From positions 3,782,001 through 3,846,000 of the forward strand of contig NC_082730.1 of assembly GCF_030144855.1 (NCBI RefSeq): a stretch of 64,000 nucleotides of DNA, given 5' to 3'. Source of the DNA: Hypanus sabinus (lineage: Eukaryota). Each line of letters starts with the position of its first letter. The stretch's first letter is position 1. The notes under the pieces are model-generated. The model did not search any database. It saw only the letters and a list, made by a program, of their open reading frames with translations, and was not told the DNA's origin. The position numbers and the translations under genes are program-made. Positions 24,311 through 37,368 of this stretch are shown here, in pieces.

Positions 24311-26504
24311 CTCCCTTAATCACCTCATTCCACATACACAACCATCTGTGTGAAAACTTTGCCCTGCAAGTTGCGTTTAAATCCTTACACTGCACCAAAT
24401 CTGTACCCCTTAGTTTTGGGCTCCCATCTCTGAAAAAGACTGTCATCAGCCACCTTATCTTTGCCTCTGATAATTCTGAATGCTTCTGTATGTCGCCCCT
24501 GATTTTCCTACTTTCTAAGGAGCAGTGAGCTGACCATGCCAACCTCTCCCCATATCTCAGAACCTCTGCTTCAGGCAGCACCCTCCTTAATTATTCTTTG
24601 TCTTGTTTCTTTTTCACAGACGTGTCATACATGTTAGTAGGTGAGCCTCACATCAGCGATTGGGAAATTACTGGAGAACGTTGATGTAGTTGCATTTTGT
24701 CATGACTGACGAGGTTGTATGTCATCGATACAGAATGCTGTAAAGCTTTCAACCACGTAAGTGATTGTGAGCCTGACAACGGGTCCCTGAGGGAGAGGGT
24801 GTGGTGCGTCTGACAGCCAAGTGGCCTGTTGCCTGGCCCCAGAGGGGTACTCCTTCAGAAAGGTGCACTTTCTGCCTCCAAGGGAAATCACTGTGCACTC
24901 CCCTCATTAATCTCCAACCCCTCGTCTCCCAGGCTCTCACCTTCCCTCTGTCATCTGCTGGGCAGGAATTGGTCTTGGCAGAAGTGAGCTGTGTACCAAT
25001 TGGACAAAGTGATATCTGAAGTTAGGTGGACTTCAGGATTGGACAGAAAGAATCTCTGTGATTCTCCGCACTCGCTGATCTCACAATGGATCAGACCTAG
25101 AGGTCTGATCTGTACCTCAGCTTACCAACTGTCCGCAGAGCTTGAAGCTCTGCTAAGTCACAGAGAGAGAGATGTCCCAGTTAATCCCCTTTGTGAGGGC
25201 ATGGGGAGGGAAAGCAGGAGGGGGCACATGAACCTTCTCCCTTAAAACATGAGCTAGCTCTGCCTCTTGCAACCTTCCAGCCTCTCCTTCAACCCTTACT
25301 GAGAAATAAATCTAGTGCAGTTGAATATGTGGTTAAGGAAGTGGTGTTGGTGGGAGGGCTTCAGGTACTTGGACAGCTGAGTCCCTTGCAGGCCAGGTTC
25401 AGAGGTTCAATTTAATATGACAATGTCTACAGTATACAACCTGAAATCCTGATTCTCCACAGACACCCACGAAACAGAAGAAAACCCCAAAGAATGAATG
25501 ACAGGAAAACACTAGAAACCAAAAGCCCTCCTACCCCTCCCACACACAAACAGCAGCAAGCACTAACCCTCCCCCACCTGCCTCAGCAAAACCGTCAGCC
25601 ACCAAGCAATCCACAGTAAAGCCCCCAAAGAGACCATGATTTAGAGACTATCAAAAAACCACTGTCCGTCCCAACATTCAACATCCCACAGGCTTTCTCT
25701 CTCTCTCGAGGGAGAGTGAGGTATCACTCCTGCCTCAGTGAGAGGGGAGGCCACTGGTTCGCTGTTTCAATGTTACAGTCTGCAGCGTTGCTTATTTCAA
25801 CAGCAGGCTGCACTGCTGTCTCGATGTTCTGATCTTCCGTGATGCTTCATTCGATAACACCGGTGAGGAGCTGGGTCATCCACAGGGCCGCAGGGCCTCA
25901 CCCCGATGGCACACGTCTTCCAGACCGCTCCTGGAGCAACCGAAAATGCTCAGTTGCCAGGCGAGCTCTGAGAGCAGGAAGCCACTGCCGTGAAGAACTG
26001 CAGTTTAAGTGCAGCTGTGGATCACGGACTCCGGTGGGATCTGTACCAGGGTAGCTGGCTGTACCTAAACCAACGGAGAACCAACATCGTCACTGGGGGG
26101 TTTGCAGGTGCTGCTCCTGCTCGGGAGAGGTTAAACTGGAGTGTGAGGGTGTTGGGTAGGTGTTGGAAAACAAACAGTAGATCATTAGAAAGACGGACTG
26201 ATGGTACGGTAGAGTGGTGGGTCCGTTGGGCAGAAGTGAGTTTGTTTCAGTCCAGGGGTATTCAAGGCAAAGCAAATGAAGTTTAATCTATGCTGCTGTG
26301 ACATGGTTGTGAGGGGGGTAGGACCGACAGCTCAGTGTTGCAGATGTCGATGGTTCTGGTATGATGGAGAAAGAGGTGAAAAGGTAAAGCAGTTGCATTA
26401 CTCACCCAGGAGGATGTCACAGCTGCATTGGAGGGCTCATCCATTGAGTCAATATGGGTAGAGATCAAAACTGAAAAGGTGTAATCACTTTGATGGGATT
26501 AGAG

Positions 26505-29210
26505 TAGTGCTTCCTGATCTTTTTTAGCCCATCTTCCCTACAACACTTTCACACTTGCCAATGCCCCTGTTAGGCATAATATACTTCCCAGCAACCCCAT
26601 AGTGTAAAAAATATATCTCCCATAAGCTAACATGAAAGAAAAATGATTCTGCTTGAAATTTTTATTTGTCTTTAAACCTAGCTTACACAGTACCTTTGCA
26701 CTGTATGGTTTTTTGCAAGTGGTGAAGTATCTGGTTCAAGTTGTGTCAGCTAAAGCCTTAAATCCCCACACACAATATCCAAGCTGTTTCTGTTTTTTGT
26801 GAGTATGTGGTTCACTGCACAAAAGCCTCTTCAACAAGATAAGAGGATGGAAATGCAATGAAGAGCAGTTTGACTCTTCTCCAAAGACCAGGAAATTTTG
26901 CATGACTGTGCAGCCACATAATACAAAAGCCAACATTTTTGAAAAGCATTTTTGCTTCTTCATCATTCTGAATTTCGATAATTTCTTCTTGCAAGTTCCT
27001 GTTCTGTTCTTCCACCTTACAAAGCAATGGGTTAATTACCCTATCTAGAATTTCTAGATCGTTCAAATCTCATACAGGAGCAAGATATGCCAACTAGTGG
27101 AATGGTGCCGCAGCAACAACCTGGCACTCAACGTCAGTAGGACGAAAGAGCTGATTGTGGACTTCAGGAAAGGTAAGACACAGGAACAGATACTAATCCT
27201 CACAGAGAGATCAGAAGTGGAGAGAGTGAGCAGCTTCATGTTCCTGGGTGACAAGATCTCTGAGGATCTAACCTGGTCCCAACATATCGATGCAGTTATA
27301 AAGAAGGCAAGACAGTGGCTATACTTCATTAGGAGTTTGAAGAGATTTGGTATGTCAACAAATACACTCAAAAACTTCTATAGATTTAGCATGGAGAGCA
27401 TTCTGACAGACTGCATCATGGTTTGGTATGGGGGTGCGGCTTCACAGGACTGAAAGAAGCTGCAGAGGGTTGTAAATCTAGTCAGCTACTTCTTGGGCAC
27501 AAGCCTACAAAGTACCCAGGACATCTTAAAGGAGCGGTGTCTCAGAAAAGCAGTATCCATTATTAATGACCTCCAGCACCCAGGGCATGCTCTTTTCTTA
27601 CTGTTACTGTCAGTTAGGAGGTACAGAAGCCTAAAGGCACACGCTCAGCGATTCAGGAACAGTTTCTTCCCCTCTGCCATCCGATTACTAAATGGACACC
27701 GAACCCTTGCTTTTTTTACCTCACTTTTTTATTATATTATTTCTGGTTTTGGCATGATTTTTAATCTATTCAATTTACAGATTCGGTAATTGATCTACTT
27801 TATTATTATTATTATTTTATTTTGTTTCTTTTCTTCTGTATTATGTATTGCATTGAACTGCTGCTGCTAAAATAACAAATTTCATGTCACATGCAAGTGA
27901 TAATAATTCTAATTCTGATCTTTGAATTGATTCTGAGAATCCTTCTTCGGTGACTGCAGGTGTAAGCAGTACTCTTGCAAATCACCCTCTGTGAAAGAGA
28001 GTGGCATACTTTCCATGCAGTGACAATATTCTTCTCCCAATGCTTTGCTTATACATTTTCCAATAAAAGTAGATACTGCACTTTTTGCCTGGATTAAATT
28101 GAATTTCTCGCTATGCTGTTTCATATTTAGAATGTTCATTTTGTAATACAAATTGGCTAGGTATGCTACATCTTCACCTAGAAGTTTAATCTTGCATCCC
28201 AAGCTCTTGTTGACTTTGATTAAGAATTCAACAATAGTACCAAAAAGATCAAAGACACATTTTAAGCAGCAGTCTTTTGACTGCCGATGCACTTCAGTGT
28301 CAAGAAGCAAGCATTCAAACTCTTCATTGTTATCTTGGCATAACTGGCAAAATATTCTGCTATTTAATGGCTGAGCTTTAATTTTGTTGATAGCAGATAT
28401 TACAAGGGTCATGCTTGAAAAACAATTGCTAGCTATTTGCTGCGAGATGCTGATAATGTATTACACACTGGATTGCAAACAGACTTGGGTTTTCTTTTTT
28501 CATTAATGTCACTAAACCAGCATGGTGACCTATCATTTACGGTGCTCCATCTAATTGGAATATTTTTATCCTTAATATACATTTTGAGCTCATCTCAGAT
28601 TGATTTTCGTTGCTGCTTGTTTTAATTTTAAAAGAGAATCACTTCATAATTTTTTCTATTTGTGATAAACTGTTCATATACCATTAGCAATGCCTCACTG
28701 TCTTGTACAGTAGACTCTTCCAGTTATATACCAAATTGTTTTTTGTAGCTCTGTGCATAGTTGATACTCAATTGTCTTCACTCATTTCGCAAAGACAAAG
28801 AGCTACAGAGTTATTACATAGAGGAATTGATTTTGCAATACTGGAAACCATTTTGAGAACAGTGGTGAGCACTTCTCATGCAGCAGGCATTATTAGTCTT
28901 TCCTAGTTGTATGAGATTTTCCACACTTTATTAACATTTTGGAAATATAAGAAGCAATGAAACCAATATCAAGGTCATTTTTAGCTTTCTTGGCAAATGA
29001 CTCAGCTTAGAAACACTTTTTAAATGTTCATTTTTTCTTCTGCAACTGAGTAATACCACAAGTAGCCTTTTCAGGGTGTATTTTACAGAAATGTTCCTGC
29101 AATCCTGATGGTTTATTGGTTTCACTGATTGGCTCAATGTCACCGTTTCCGGCCAGCGCTATATTGTTGCGTGACCTGTTTTGAGTAGAGAAGGTTGAGA
29201 GGGTGTACTT
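26505..29210 (-). mobile_element. hAT (Charlie/Buster-like) DNA transposon remnant
   Basis: Minus ORFs include IKAQPLNSRIFCQLC...LLLDTEVHRQSK (decayed HTEVRWLSKG) and the dimerisation domain LFIAFPSSYLVEEAF. A TIR-like tagtgcttcctgatcttttt lies at ~26505. Ends are approximate. Confidence 0.8.
27062..27916 (+). mobile_element. Rex1/Babar LINE 3' fragment nested in the hAT transposase
   Basis: [24 protein letters not shown]...HPGHALFLLLLSVRRYRSL. The transposase frame QFKD|LEILD is split here, and gatc occurs on both sides. Confidence 0.85.
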
Positions 29211-30039
29211 GACTTACCAACTGTTAAATTGCATAAACTCGTTCACAAGGGGAACTATTGGACACCCTGGTTGCTAATTTATGCATCGTTAATAATGTCT
29301 ATTTGGTTGGTAAGGTTGGATGAGATTGCTGAGTTTCAGACGCATTGTGACAATGAATGCTCACTGCCTGTAGAGCTATGGTTATTCCTGTGTTCCAGTG
29401 CTTTATCATTTATTTTTTTGGAAATGCCTGATCTACTAACGGTCAGTCAGGTCTTATACCTCAATTAAGGTACCGCTTACCGCCCCAGGTGAGGCAAAAA
29501 ATGGATGAACAGTCAGAGTCATTGCCCCATGACAGGGTGCCTAAAATGAGAGGATGTAGGTTTAAAGGAAATCTGAGAGGTAGATTTCTCACACAAAGAA
29601 CAGCTGATATTTGGAATGAGCTGCCAGAGAAGGTGATGAAGATTGTAACCCACATGGTCTTTGTATTGAACACTCCCCATGACCCTGCCGTTCACTGTGT
29701 ATATCCTTTCTGGTTTGATGTCACTTCTCAGCCTCTTGTTCTCCTCCAGGGTGAACAAAGGGGGTTGGGCCTAAGACGTGTGCAGGGGCAGACCACCTCC
29801 CTATCCTCTGTAGTTCAGCCTCCGGGAAGAGTTCAGTTTCCATGTGTCGCCATCGAGGAGGCACTACCTGAGGCTTGCTCTTGGAGAGGCTATGTACCGG
29901 CAGGAAGAGACTCCATATTCAGCTCTCCTTTTCACAAGCCTGCTAGTTCGTGGTGAAAGCTGAAAGTGAGATGACAAACACTATGCACTTTACTAAAGCA
30001 CTCGACAACCATTTTGACATCGGATTTGAAATCAGACCC

Positions 30040-30930
30040 TGCATTTAGAGGGAGTCCCGGTGTACATCTCTGTACTTAGATGGAGTCCCAGATCACAGCT
30101 CTATGTTTAGAGGGAGTGCGAGTCTGTATGTAAAGGGAGTCCCAATGCACAATTCTGTAATTAGAGGGAGTCCCGGTATACAAGTCTGTATTTAGAGACA
30201 TCTCTGTATCCACTGTCCCAAGACTAGAGAGACAGCTGTAGATACTGCCATGTTGACAGGGCTTGCTTGTGAATACTGACATAGTTCTGCTCCTCCTGTA
30301 AATACTGATACACTTACTGAGGGCTTTCTGTAAATACTAACAGTTTCCTAGGGAACCCCGAGAAATAACGAGCAACTACGTGGGACTGGAGAACACCCTC
30401 TAAATATACACATGCGCATTAGAAACTCCTTTAAATCCCATCTGAATGGAAATACGGACCACATGTAAATATGGCACAGTCCGCGGGACCCTCTGTAAGT
30501 AGTAACACACAGCGGGGGGGGGGGGGGATCCCTGAAAATCCTGACTAATTCCCTGGGACATGGGACTCACCTTAAAATACAGCAATTACACTGGAACTCC
30601 CTCGACGTATGGACTCGCACACCGGGACTCCCTCTAAATATAGACTCGGACTCCGAGACTCATTCTAAATATAGACTCACACACCGGGACTCCCTCTAAA
30701 TACAGACGCAAACCGGGACTCTCTAAATACAGAGATGTACACCTGGACTCTCTCTAAATACTGATGCAGACTGGGACTCACATTAAATACAGACCCGCAC
30801 ACCGGGACATGCACTAGATACAGAATCAGACATCAGGATTCCCTCTAAGTACAAAATTGCATACTGGGCCTCACTCTGAATGTTGTTCGTCCTTTGGAGT
30901 ACATCTCTGAATACAGAGATGTACACTGGG
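30040..30930. repeat. Degenerate ~32-bp minisatellite, present as two oppositely oriented arrays
   Basis: Units like ctgtatttagagggagtcccggtgtgcgagt at 30040-30210. Reverse-complement units (gactcgcacaccgggactccctctaaatatag) at ~30590-30930. Confidence 0.7.
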
Positions 30931-31859
30931 TGAAAGCTAAATCATCTTATACATTTAAAAACAAGGGGAGAACTTGGAAGAGAGTAACTCTTTAACTCAC
31001 GGATAAAGAAGGGGATTTATGACTGGAGCAGGGAAGTGGGTGAGGTATTGATCAGTACATCCAGATTCACCAAGAAGGCCATGGTGAGGGCAAGATGGGC
31101 AGAGTACTGTATACTAATAGTCCAGGCACCTTGCTATGAAGGAGAAGGAAGTGCAGGGTCTTTGGAAAATCTTTAAGGTGGATAAGTCCCCAGAGTTCAA
31201 TGGGATATATCCCAAGTTATTCACAAAGGCAACAGATCGTGAATGGGTGAAGAACAGCCAATGTTTTCCTTTGTTTAGGAAAGGCAACAGGGACAGATTA
31301 TGATATTATATACCAGTGACTCTTGCATCAGTGGAGAGGGTATCATTGGAGAAATTTCTGGTAGTGGGATTTTATCCCCTCTGGAAAAGTATGGACTTAT
31401 TTGGATAGTCAGCCTGGCTCTGTGTAGGGGAGGTCATGTCTAACAAACTAGGTAGAGGTGTTTGAGGAGGTGACAAAAGGTGATTATTGTGGGTAGGGCT
31501 GTGAATGTTGTACGCAGGCACACATTATTCTCCAGAACACGATGGCTGCAGAGTGCACCGTGGACAAAATAGACCGCCTTTGCCCATCCAGACTACTCCG
31601 ACATCACCTCCCAACCCCACCACCTTTACCACTGAAGGTGTGCAGGGGAACACTTCCCTTCCATGTCTCACATGATGCTGGCTGGGAAACTTGTCAGTGG
31701 CCCTTCACTGTCACTGGGCATAAATCCTGGAAATCCCTCCCCTACGGGAGCACCTTCATAGGTCAAGAGGCAGCTCAACCCCACCTTCTCTGGGGCAAAT
31801 GAGAATTGGCAGTAAATGATGGCATTGACTCAGAGCCAGATGTGTAGAATGTATAGAGT

Positions 31860-33140
31860 AACCCCCTCTGGTCCCAATACTCCTCCTTATCTCTATAAGC
31901 CCCTCTGGCCACAATCCCCCTCCCTATCTCTGTAACCCCACCCCCGTCCCAATAACCTCTCTATCTCTGTAAACCCCCCCAGTCCCAATCCCCATCCCTA
32001 TCTCTGTAACCCCCCCCCGTCCCAATAACCTCTCTATCTCTGTAAACCCCCCCAGACCCAATCCCCATCCCTAGCTCTGTAACCCCCCCCCCTGGTCCCA
32101 ATACCCTCCCTATCTCTGTAACCCCCTCTGGCCCCAATCCCTATCCCTATCTCTGTAACCCCCTCTGCACCCAATCCCCATCCCTATCTCTGTAACTCCC
32201 CCCCACTGGTCCCAATATCCTCCCTATCTCTGAATTTGACTAAAGGGTTAATAAAGAAAAAGCAAAAGAAAAGGGCCCATTTTAATTGAACAGTCTAACG
32301 TGCAGAAGCTGGAGCTCGCGGGTTCCCCTTCGCCGATCCTCCATCCATCTCCCCGGGCTTCATCGAATCCTGGCCACATTCTGGGTCGACTCCCCCGACC
32401 TCTCCGGTAGCTTATCTCCTCTCCCCTCTCAAGAGCCCGAAGCCCAACCTTAGTGTCCCTCAGCAGAGACCCCCCCACCCCATTAATTCATCCCAATTAG
32501 ATGGTGCACATTTCTCCTATCTCTTATCCTCAACAGTAACCCAAACACGCAGCTTACACAGGGAACAGAAAAGCTTCACGGAGGAAAAAGATGAACCATG
32601 TGAACCAGGCCATTACACCCTTCTGGCCTCTGTACCCCTCTCCAACCTTATATCCCTCCCTATCTCTGTAACTCCTCTGGATTCTATAGCCCTCCCTCCA
32701 TCTGTACACCCCTCTGGCCTCTATATGCCTTTCTCTGTAACCCTCTCTGGTCCCTACACTATATCTATAAACTGCTATGGCCCTTTATTCCTTCCCTTTC
32801 TCTGTACCCCCTCTGGCTTCTACAGCACCCTGTCATCTCTGTAACCCCCTCTGGCCTCCATACCCCAACCTCTGTAACCCCTCAGGCCCCTATACCCTTT
32901 GCTAAATCTGTAACTCCTCTTGCCCTTATCTCTTCACTATCACTATCAGCCCTTCTGGCCTCTATACCCCTCCCTTGATCTGTAAACCCCTCTGGCCTCT
33001 ATACCCGATACTATCCCTGTATCTTCCTCTGGCCTCTCTACCCTGATCTCCATATCCCTCTCTGGCCTCTCTGCCCCTCCCTCTCTACAATCCCCTCTGG
33101 CAGGTGTACCCCTCCTGATGTATGTAATTCCCTCTAGCCA
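31860..33140. repeat. Pyrimidine-rich ~35-40-bp minisatellite in two blocks
   Basis: ccctatctctgtaaccccctctggtcccaat units at 31860-32235, with more diverged units at 32620-33140. Confidence 0.7.
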
Positions 33141-33639
33141 CACACACATTGAACAACAGAATGCTTTAGAAAAGGCTATTATAATATTTTATAATATAGC
33201 AGATGACCTTTGAACTTTTGGATTTAAACAGTAAATAAAATCAAACTGCACAATCTGGAAATCTGAAGCAAAAACAGGAAATGCTAGAAACACTAAAGCG
33301 GTGCCTATGAGCTGGGGTGCCCGTCAGTTGGACGTTGAAGCCACATCTGATCCATCCAACAAACCCCTTGTCAACATCAACCTGTGGGACAGAGAGAATC
33401 GGTGAGGGGCTCCGTCAGTCAGTGAGCCACCGACAGACATGTTCTAGTCACCCACACCCATCCCCTGCCCTGTCTCCACCCCGACCAACCACCAGTAGAC
33501 CCCTAGAACGGCCCACACTACCTTCTGGTAACGCCAATCCCAGGAGCCACCGTTTCACAAGATTTAGGCATCCTCATTCTTCAACCTCACACCCTCTAAT
33601 TTCTGACAAATCCAAAACAGAAATACTTTGGGTGCTTAT

Positions 33640-35590
33640 ACACTGTACCCCAGGACTGGGTGCATGGGGGACCATGCATCCCAGTGTCTGGGTGTGTTGG
33701 GGACTGTGTATCCCAGTGTCTGGGTGTGTTGGGGACTGTGTATCCCAGTGACTGGGTGTTTTGGGCACTGTATATACCAGTGACTGGGTGTGTGGGAACA
33801 GTGTACCCCAGGACTGGGAGCATTGGGGACCGTGTATCCCAGTGTCTCCAGTGTCTGGGTGTGTTGGGGACAGTGTACCCAGTGACTGGGTGTGTGACAG
33901 TGTATCCCAGTGACTGGGTGTGTTGGGGACCGTGTATCCCAGTGACTGGGTGTGTGGGGGACAGTGTATCCCAGTGACTGAGTGTGTTGGGGACCATGTA
34001 TCCCAGTGACTGGGTGTGTGGGGGACAGTGTATCCCAGTGACTGGGTGTGTGGGGACCGTGTATCCCAGTGTCTGGGTGTATTGGGGACAGTGTATCCCA
34101 GTGTCTGGGTGTGTTGGGGACAGTGTACCCAATGACCGGGTGTGTGACAGTGTATCCCAGTGACTGGGTGTGTTGGGGACAGTGTACCCAATGACCGGGT
34201 GTGTGACAGTGTACCCCAGTGACTGGGTGTGTTGGGGACCATGTATCCCAGTGACTGGGTGTGTGGGGGACAGTGTATCCCAGTGACTGGGTGTGTTGGG
34301 GACAGTGTACCCAGAGACTGGGTGTGTGACAGTGTATCCCAGTGACTGGGTGTGTTGGGGACAGTGTACCCAATGACCGGGTGTGTGACAGTGTACCCCA
34401 GTGACTGGGTGTGTTGGGGACCATGTATCCCAGTGACTGGGTGTGTGGGGGACCGTGTATCCCAGTGACTGGGTATGTGGGGACCGTGTATCCCAGTGAC
34501 TGGGTGTGTTGGGGACAGTGTACCCAATGACTGGGTGTGTGAGAGTGTACCCCAGTGACTGGGTGTGTTGGAGACCATGCATCCCAGTGACTGGATGTGT
34601 GGGGGACAGTGTATCCCAGTGACTGGGTGTGTGGGGGACAGTGTATCCCAGTGACTGGGTGTGTGGGGACCGTGTATCCCAGTGACTGGGTGTGTTGGGG
34701 ACCATGTATCCCAGTGACTGGGTGTGTGGGGACAGTGTATCCCAGTGACTGGGTGTGTGGGGACAGTGTATCCCAGTGACTGGGTGTGTTGGGGACCGTG
34801 TACCCCAGGACTGGGAGCATTGGGGACCGTGTATCCCAGTGTCTCCAGTGTCTGGGTGTGTTGGGGACAGTGTACCCAGTGACTGGGTGTGTGACAGTGT
34901 ATCCCAGTGACTGGGTGTGTTGGGGACCGTGTATCCCAGTGACTGGGTGTGTGGGGGACCATGTATCCCAGTGACTGGGTGTGTGGGGGACAGTGTATCC
35001 CAGTGACTGGGTGTGTGGGGACCGTGTATCTCAGTGTCTGGGTGTGTTGGGGACAGTGTACCCAGAGACTGGGTGTGTGACAGTGTATCCCAGTGACTGG
35101 GTGTGTTGGGGACAGTGTACCCAATGACCGGGTGTGTGACAGTGTACCCCAGTGACTGGGTGTGTTGGGGACCATGTATCCCAGTGACTGGGTGTGTGGG
35201 GGACCGTGTATCCCAGTGACTGGGTGTGTTGGGGACAGTGTACCCAATGACTGGGTGTGTGAGAGTGTACCCCAGTGACTGGGTGTGTGGGGGACAGTGT
35301 ATCCCAGTGACTGGGTGTGTGGGGACCGTGTATCCCAGTGACTGGGTGTGTTGGGGACCGTGTATCCCAGTGACTGGGTGTGTGGGGACAGTGTATCCCA
35401 GTGACTGGGTGTGTGGGGACAGTGTATCCCAGTGACTGGGTCTGTGGGGACAGTGTACCACAGTGACTGAGTGTGTAGGGGACAGTGTATCCCAGTGACT
35501 GGGTGTGTTGGGGACAGTGTACCACAGTAACTGGGTGTGTGGGGATAGTGTACCACAGTGACTGGATGTGTGGGGGACAGTGTACACTCA
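33640..35590. repeat. ~2-kb minisatellite, ~28-33-bp unit cagtgactgggtgtgttggggacagtgtatcc
   Basis: Directly visible tandem array. It accounts for the long repetitive ORFs on the minus strand. Confidence 0.95.
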
Positions 35591-35644
35591 GGACGGTGTG
35601 TCTCAATCCTGGGTAATTTGTGCATGTGGAAGTTTTTGTTACAA

Positions 35645-36420
35645 TAAGACCATTAGACCATAAGAGATAGGAGGAGGATTAGGCCTTTTAACCCATTGAG
35701 TCTGCACCGCCATTGAATCATGTCCAATCCTTTTCTCCCCTCAGCCCCACTCCCCCACCTTCTCTCTGTAACCTTTGATGCCACGGTCAATCAAGAACCT
35801 ATCAATCTCTGCCTTAAATGCACCCAATAACCGGGCCTCCACAGCTGCCATTTGAGTATCTCTTTGTTTTTGGAATACATCTATCATGCACCTTCCTCAT
35901 TTTCCATGAAGCATACCCCCTTGATGCTCTGCTGTCTTCCCTGCCAGCATCTCCTTCCAGTTTACTTTGGCCAACTTCTCTCTCATACCACTGTAATTTC
36001 TTTACTCCACTGAAATATTGCTATGTCAGACTTTACTTTCTCCCTATCAAATTTGAAGTTGAACTCAGTCATGTTGTGATCACTGCCTCCTAAGGGCTCC
36101 TTTACCTGAAGCTCCCTAATCACCTCTGGTTTGTTTCATAACATCCAATCCAATATAGCTGACCCCTCTCTCTTCAGGACCATCACTTTTTCTTCATATG
36201 TTATTGGTACCACTGTACCAAAACATTTGCTTGATCTTCCTCCCATTCCAAACTGCTGTGGATGCGATCCAAGACATCCCTGACCCTGGCTCCTGTGAGG
36301 CAGTATACCATCCAGATGTCCCGTATACATACGCAAAATCTCCTGTTGGTTCCTCTGACTATTGAGTCCCCTATCACTACCGCTCCCCTCATCCTCCTTA
36401 TTCCCATGTACACCATGGAC
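35645..36420 (-). mobile_element. CR1 fragments including the ORF1 SGNH-esterase portion
   Basis: Minus frame gives AVVIGDSIVRGTNRRFC...CLTGARVRDVLDRI, with a CR1 3' end at ~35645-35850. Confidence 0.75.
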
Positions 36421-36536
36421 CCTGGCATTATCTGTCTTGCACCCTATTTGTCTCCCTGGAGCTCCCTTCCCCTTGGGTCTCCGTAAAGGGTGAAAGTGAT
36501 GATCTGTGAGAGTCCCCAATGAGCTCACTTTTGCGG

Positions 36537-36607
36537 TCACTCTTTGTGTTCTGCCTGGTGCAGTATGTAATGACTGGATCGCACCAGACTGTACGAGAAC
36601 ATTGGCT
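36537..36607 (-). CDS. Gene B: candidate terminal cytoplasmic exon QPMFSYSLVRSSHYILHQAEHKE*
   Basis: Acceptor cactttcacAG at 36609-36608, 241 bp after the TM-exon donor. The phase-1 frame is open to TGA at 36539-36537 and completes an ITAM-like motif with the upstream exon. The polypyrimidine tract is weak. Confidence 0.45.
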
Positions 36608-36848
36608 CTGTGAAAGTGTTCAGTGGTCTGTGCCATGCAGCCCTCTCTTTGAATGACTCATTTCCCTTCCCCTCTTTCCCCCACTCCCACCCCTTACACC
36701 CCTACCATCTCCGCCTGCACCCTCTTCTCTGTCACACTCAAACCCCCTCCTGTGTACTCATCCAATTCTACTCTCCCCACTGCCTTCTCCTTGACCACTC
36801 CCCGCTCCCCTTGCACCCAGTTCTCCAATGTCCCCTGCGGGTACTCAC

Positions 36849-36981
36849 GAGCACAGATGTTACGGTATCTGTCCCGCTGTTCTCCTCCAGAGAACAACGA
36901 TGCTGACCACGACCATCACACTGATCAGAGCCACAATGATGAACAGAGCAATTCCCCATCCTGGTCATTCTGGTTTCGCAG
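36849..36981 (-). pseudogene. Gene B: damaged transmembrane exon
   Basis: A T10-rich polypyrimidine tract ends in AA instead of AG. Frame is AAKPE*PGWGIALFIIVALISVMVVVSIVVLWRR, with donor GTgagt at 36848. The length is 133 bp; removing one A restores 132 bp and the frame WRRQRDRYRNICA. Confidence 0.75.
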
Positions 36982-37368
36982 TTGGGGAGGAGAAAAAAAA
37001 AACTCAGTGACTGCCTCCCAAAGAAATGGGGCAGACAAGATCCATTCCACCCACCCATCCCAGGACCCCGGTGCCCTCACTACCCCTCCCCTCTCCCCAC
37101 ACAGCACCCCGACCCTCTGCTTGCCCCACTCCATTATCCTGCCTGTGACCAGTCCATCTCGCAGGAGATGTATCCATTATCAGAACCACAGCAGGGCCGC
37201 CCAATGGCGGAATGGTTAGCACAACGCTTTACAGGACCTGCAACCCCGCTGCTGCGTGTGAGCAGTTCGTACTTTCTTCCCATAACCGTTTGGTGTCCTT
37301 TTAGAATGGAGAGGAAGAGGAATTTGATTAGCCAGAGAGTGGTGAATCGTGGAATTCATTGCCACTGG

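Noticed and set aside
33574-35625. Long ORFs of 683, 663 and 394 aa
   Set aside because: They are translations of the tandem minisatellite with repetitive THPVTG/HTPSHW content and no splice or domain support.
36519-36656. Plus-strand signal-peptide-like ORF MSSLLRSLFVFCLVQYVMTG...
   Set aside because: It is only 45 aa, has no convincing phase-1 donor or downstream plus-strand V exon, and overlaps the better-supported minus-strand tail exon.
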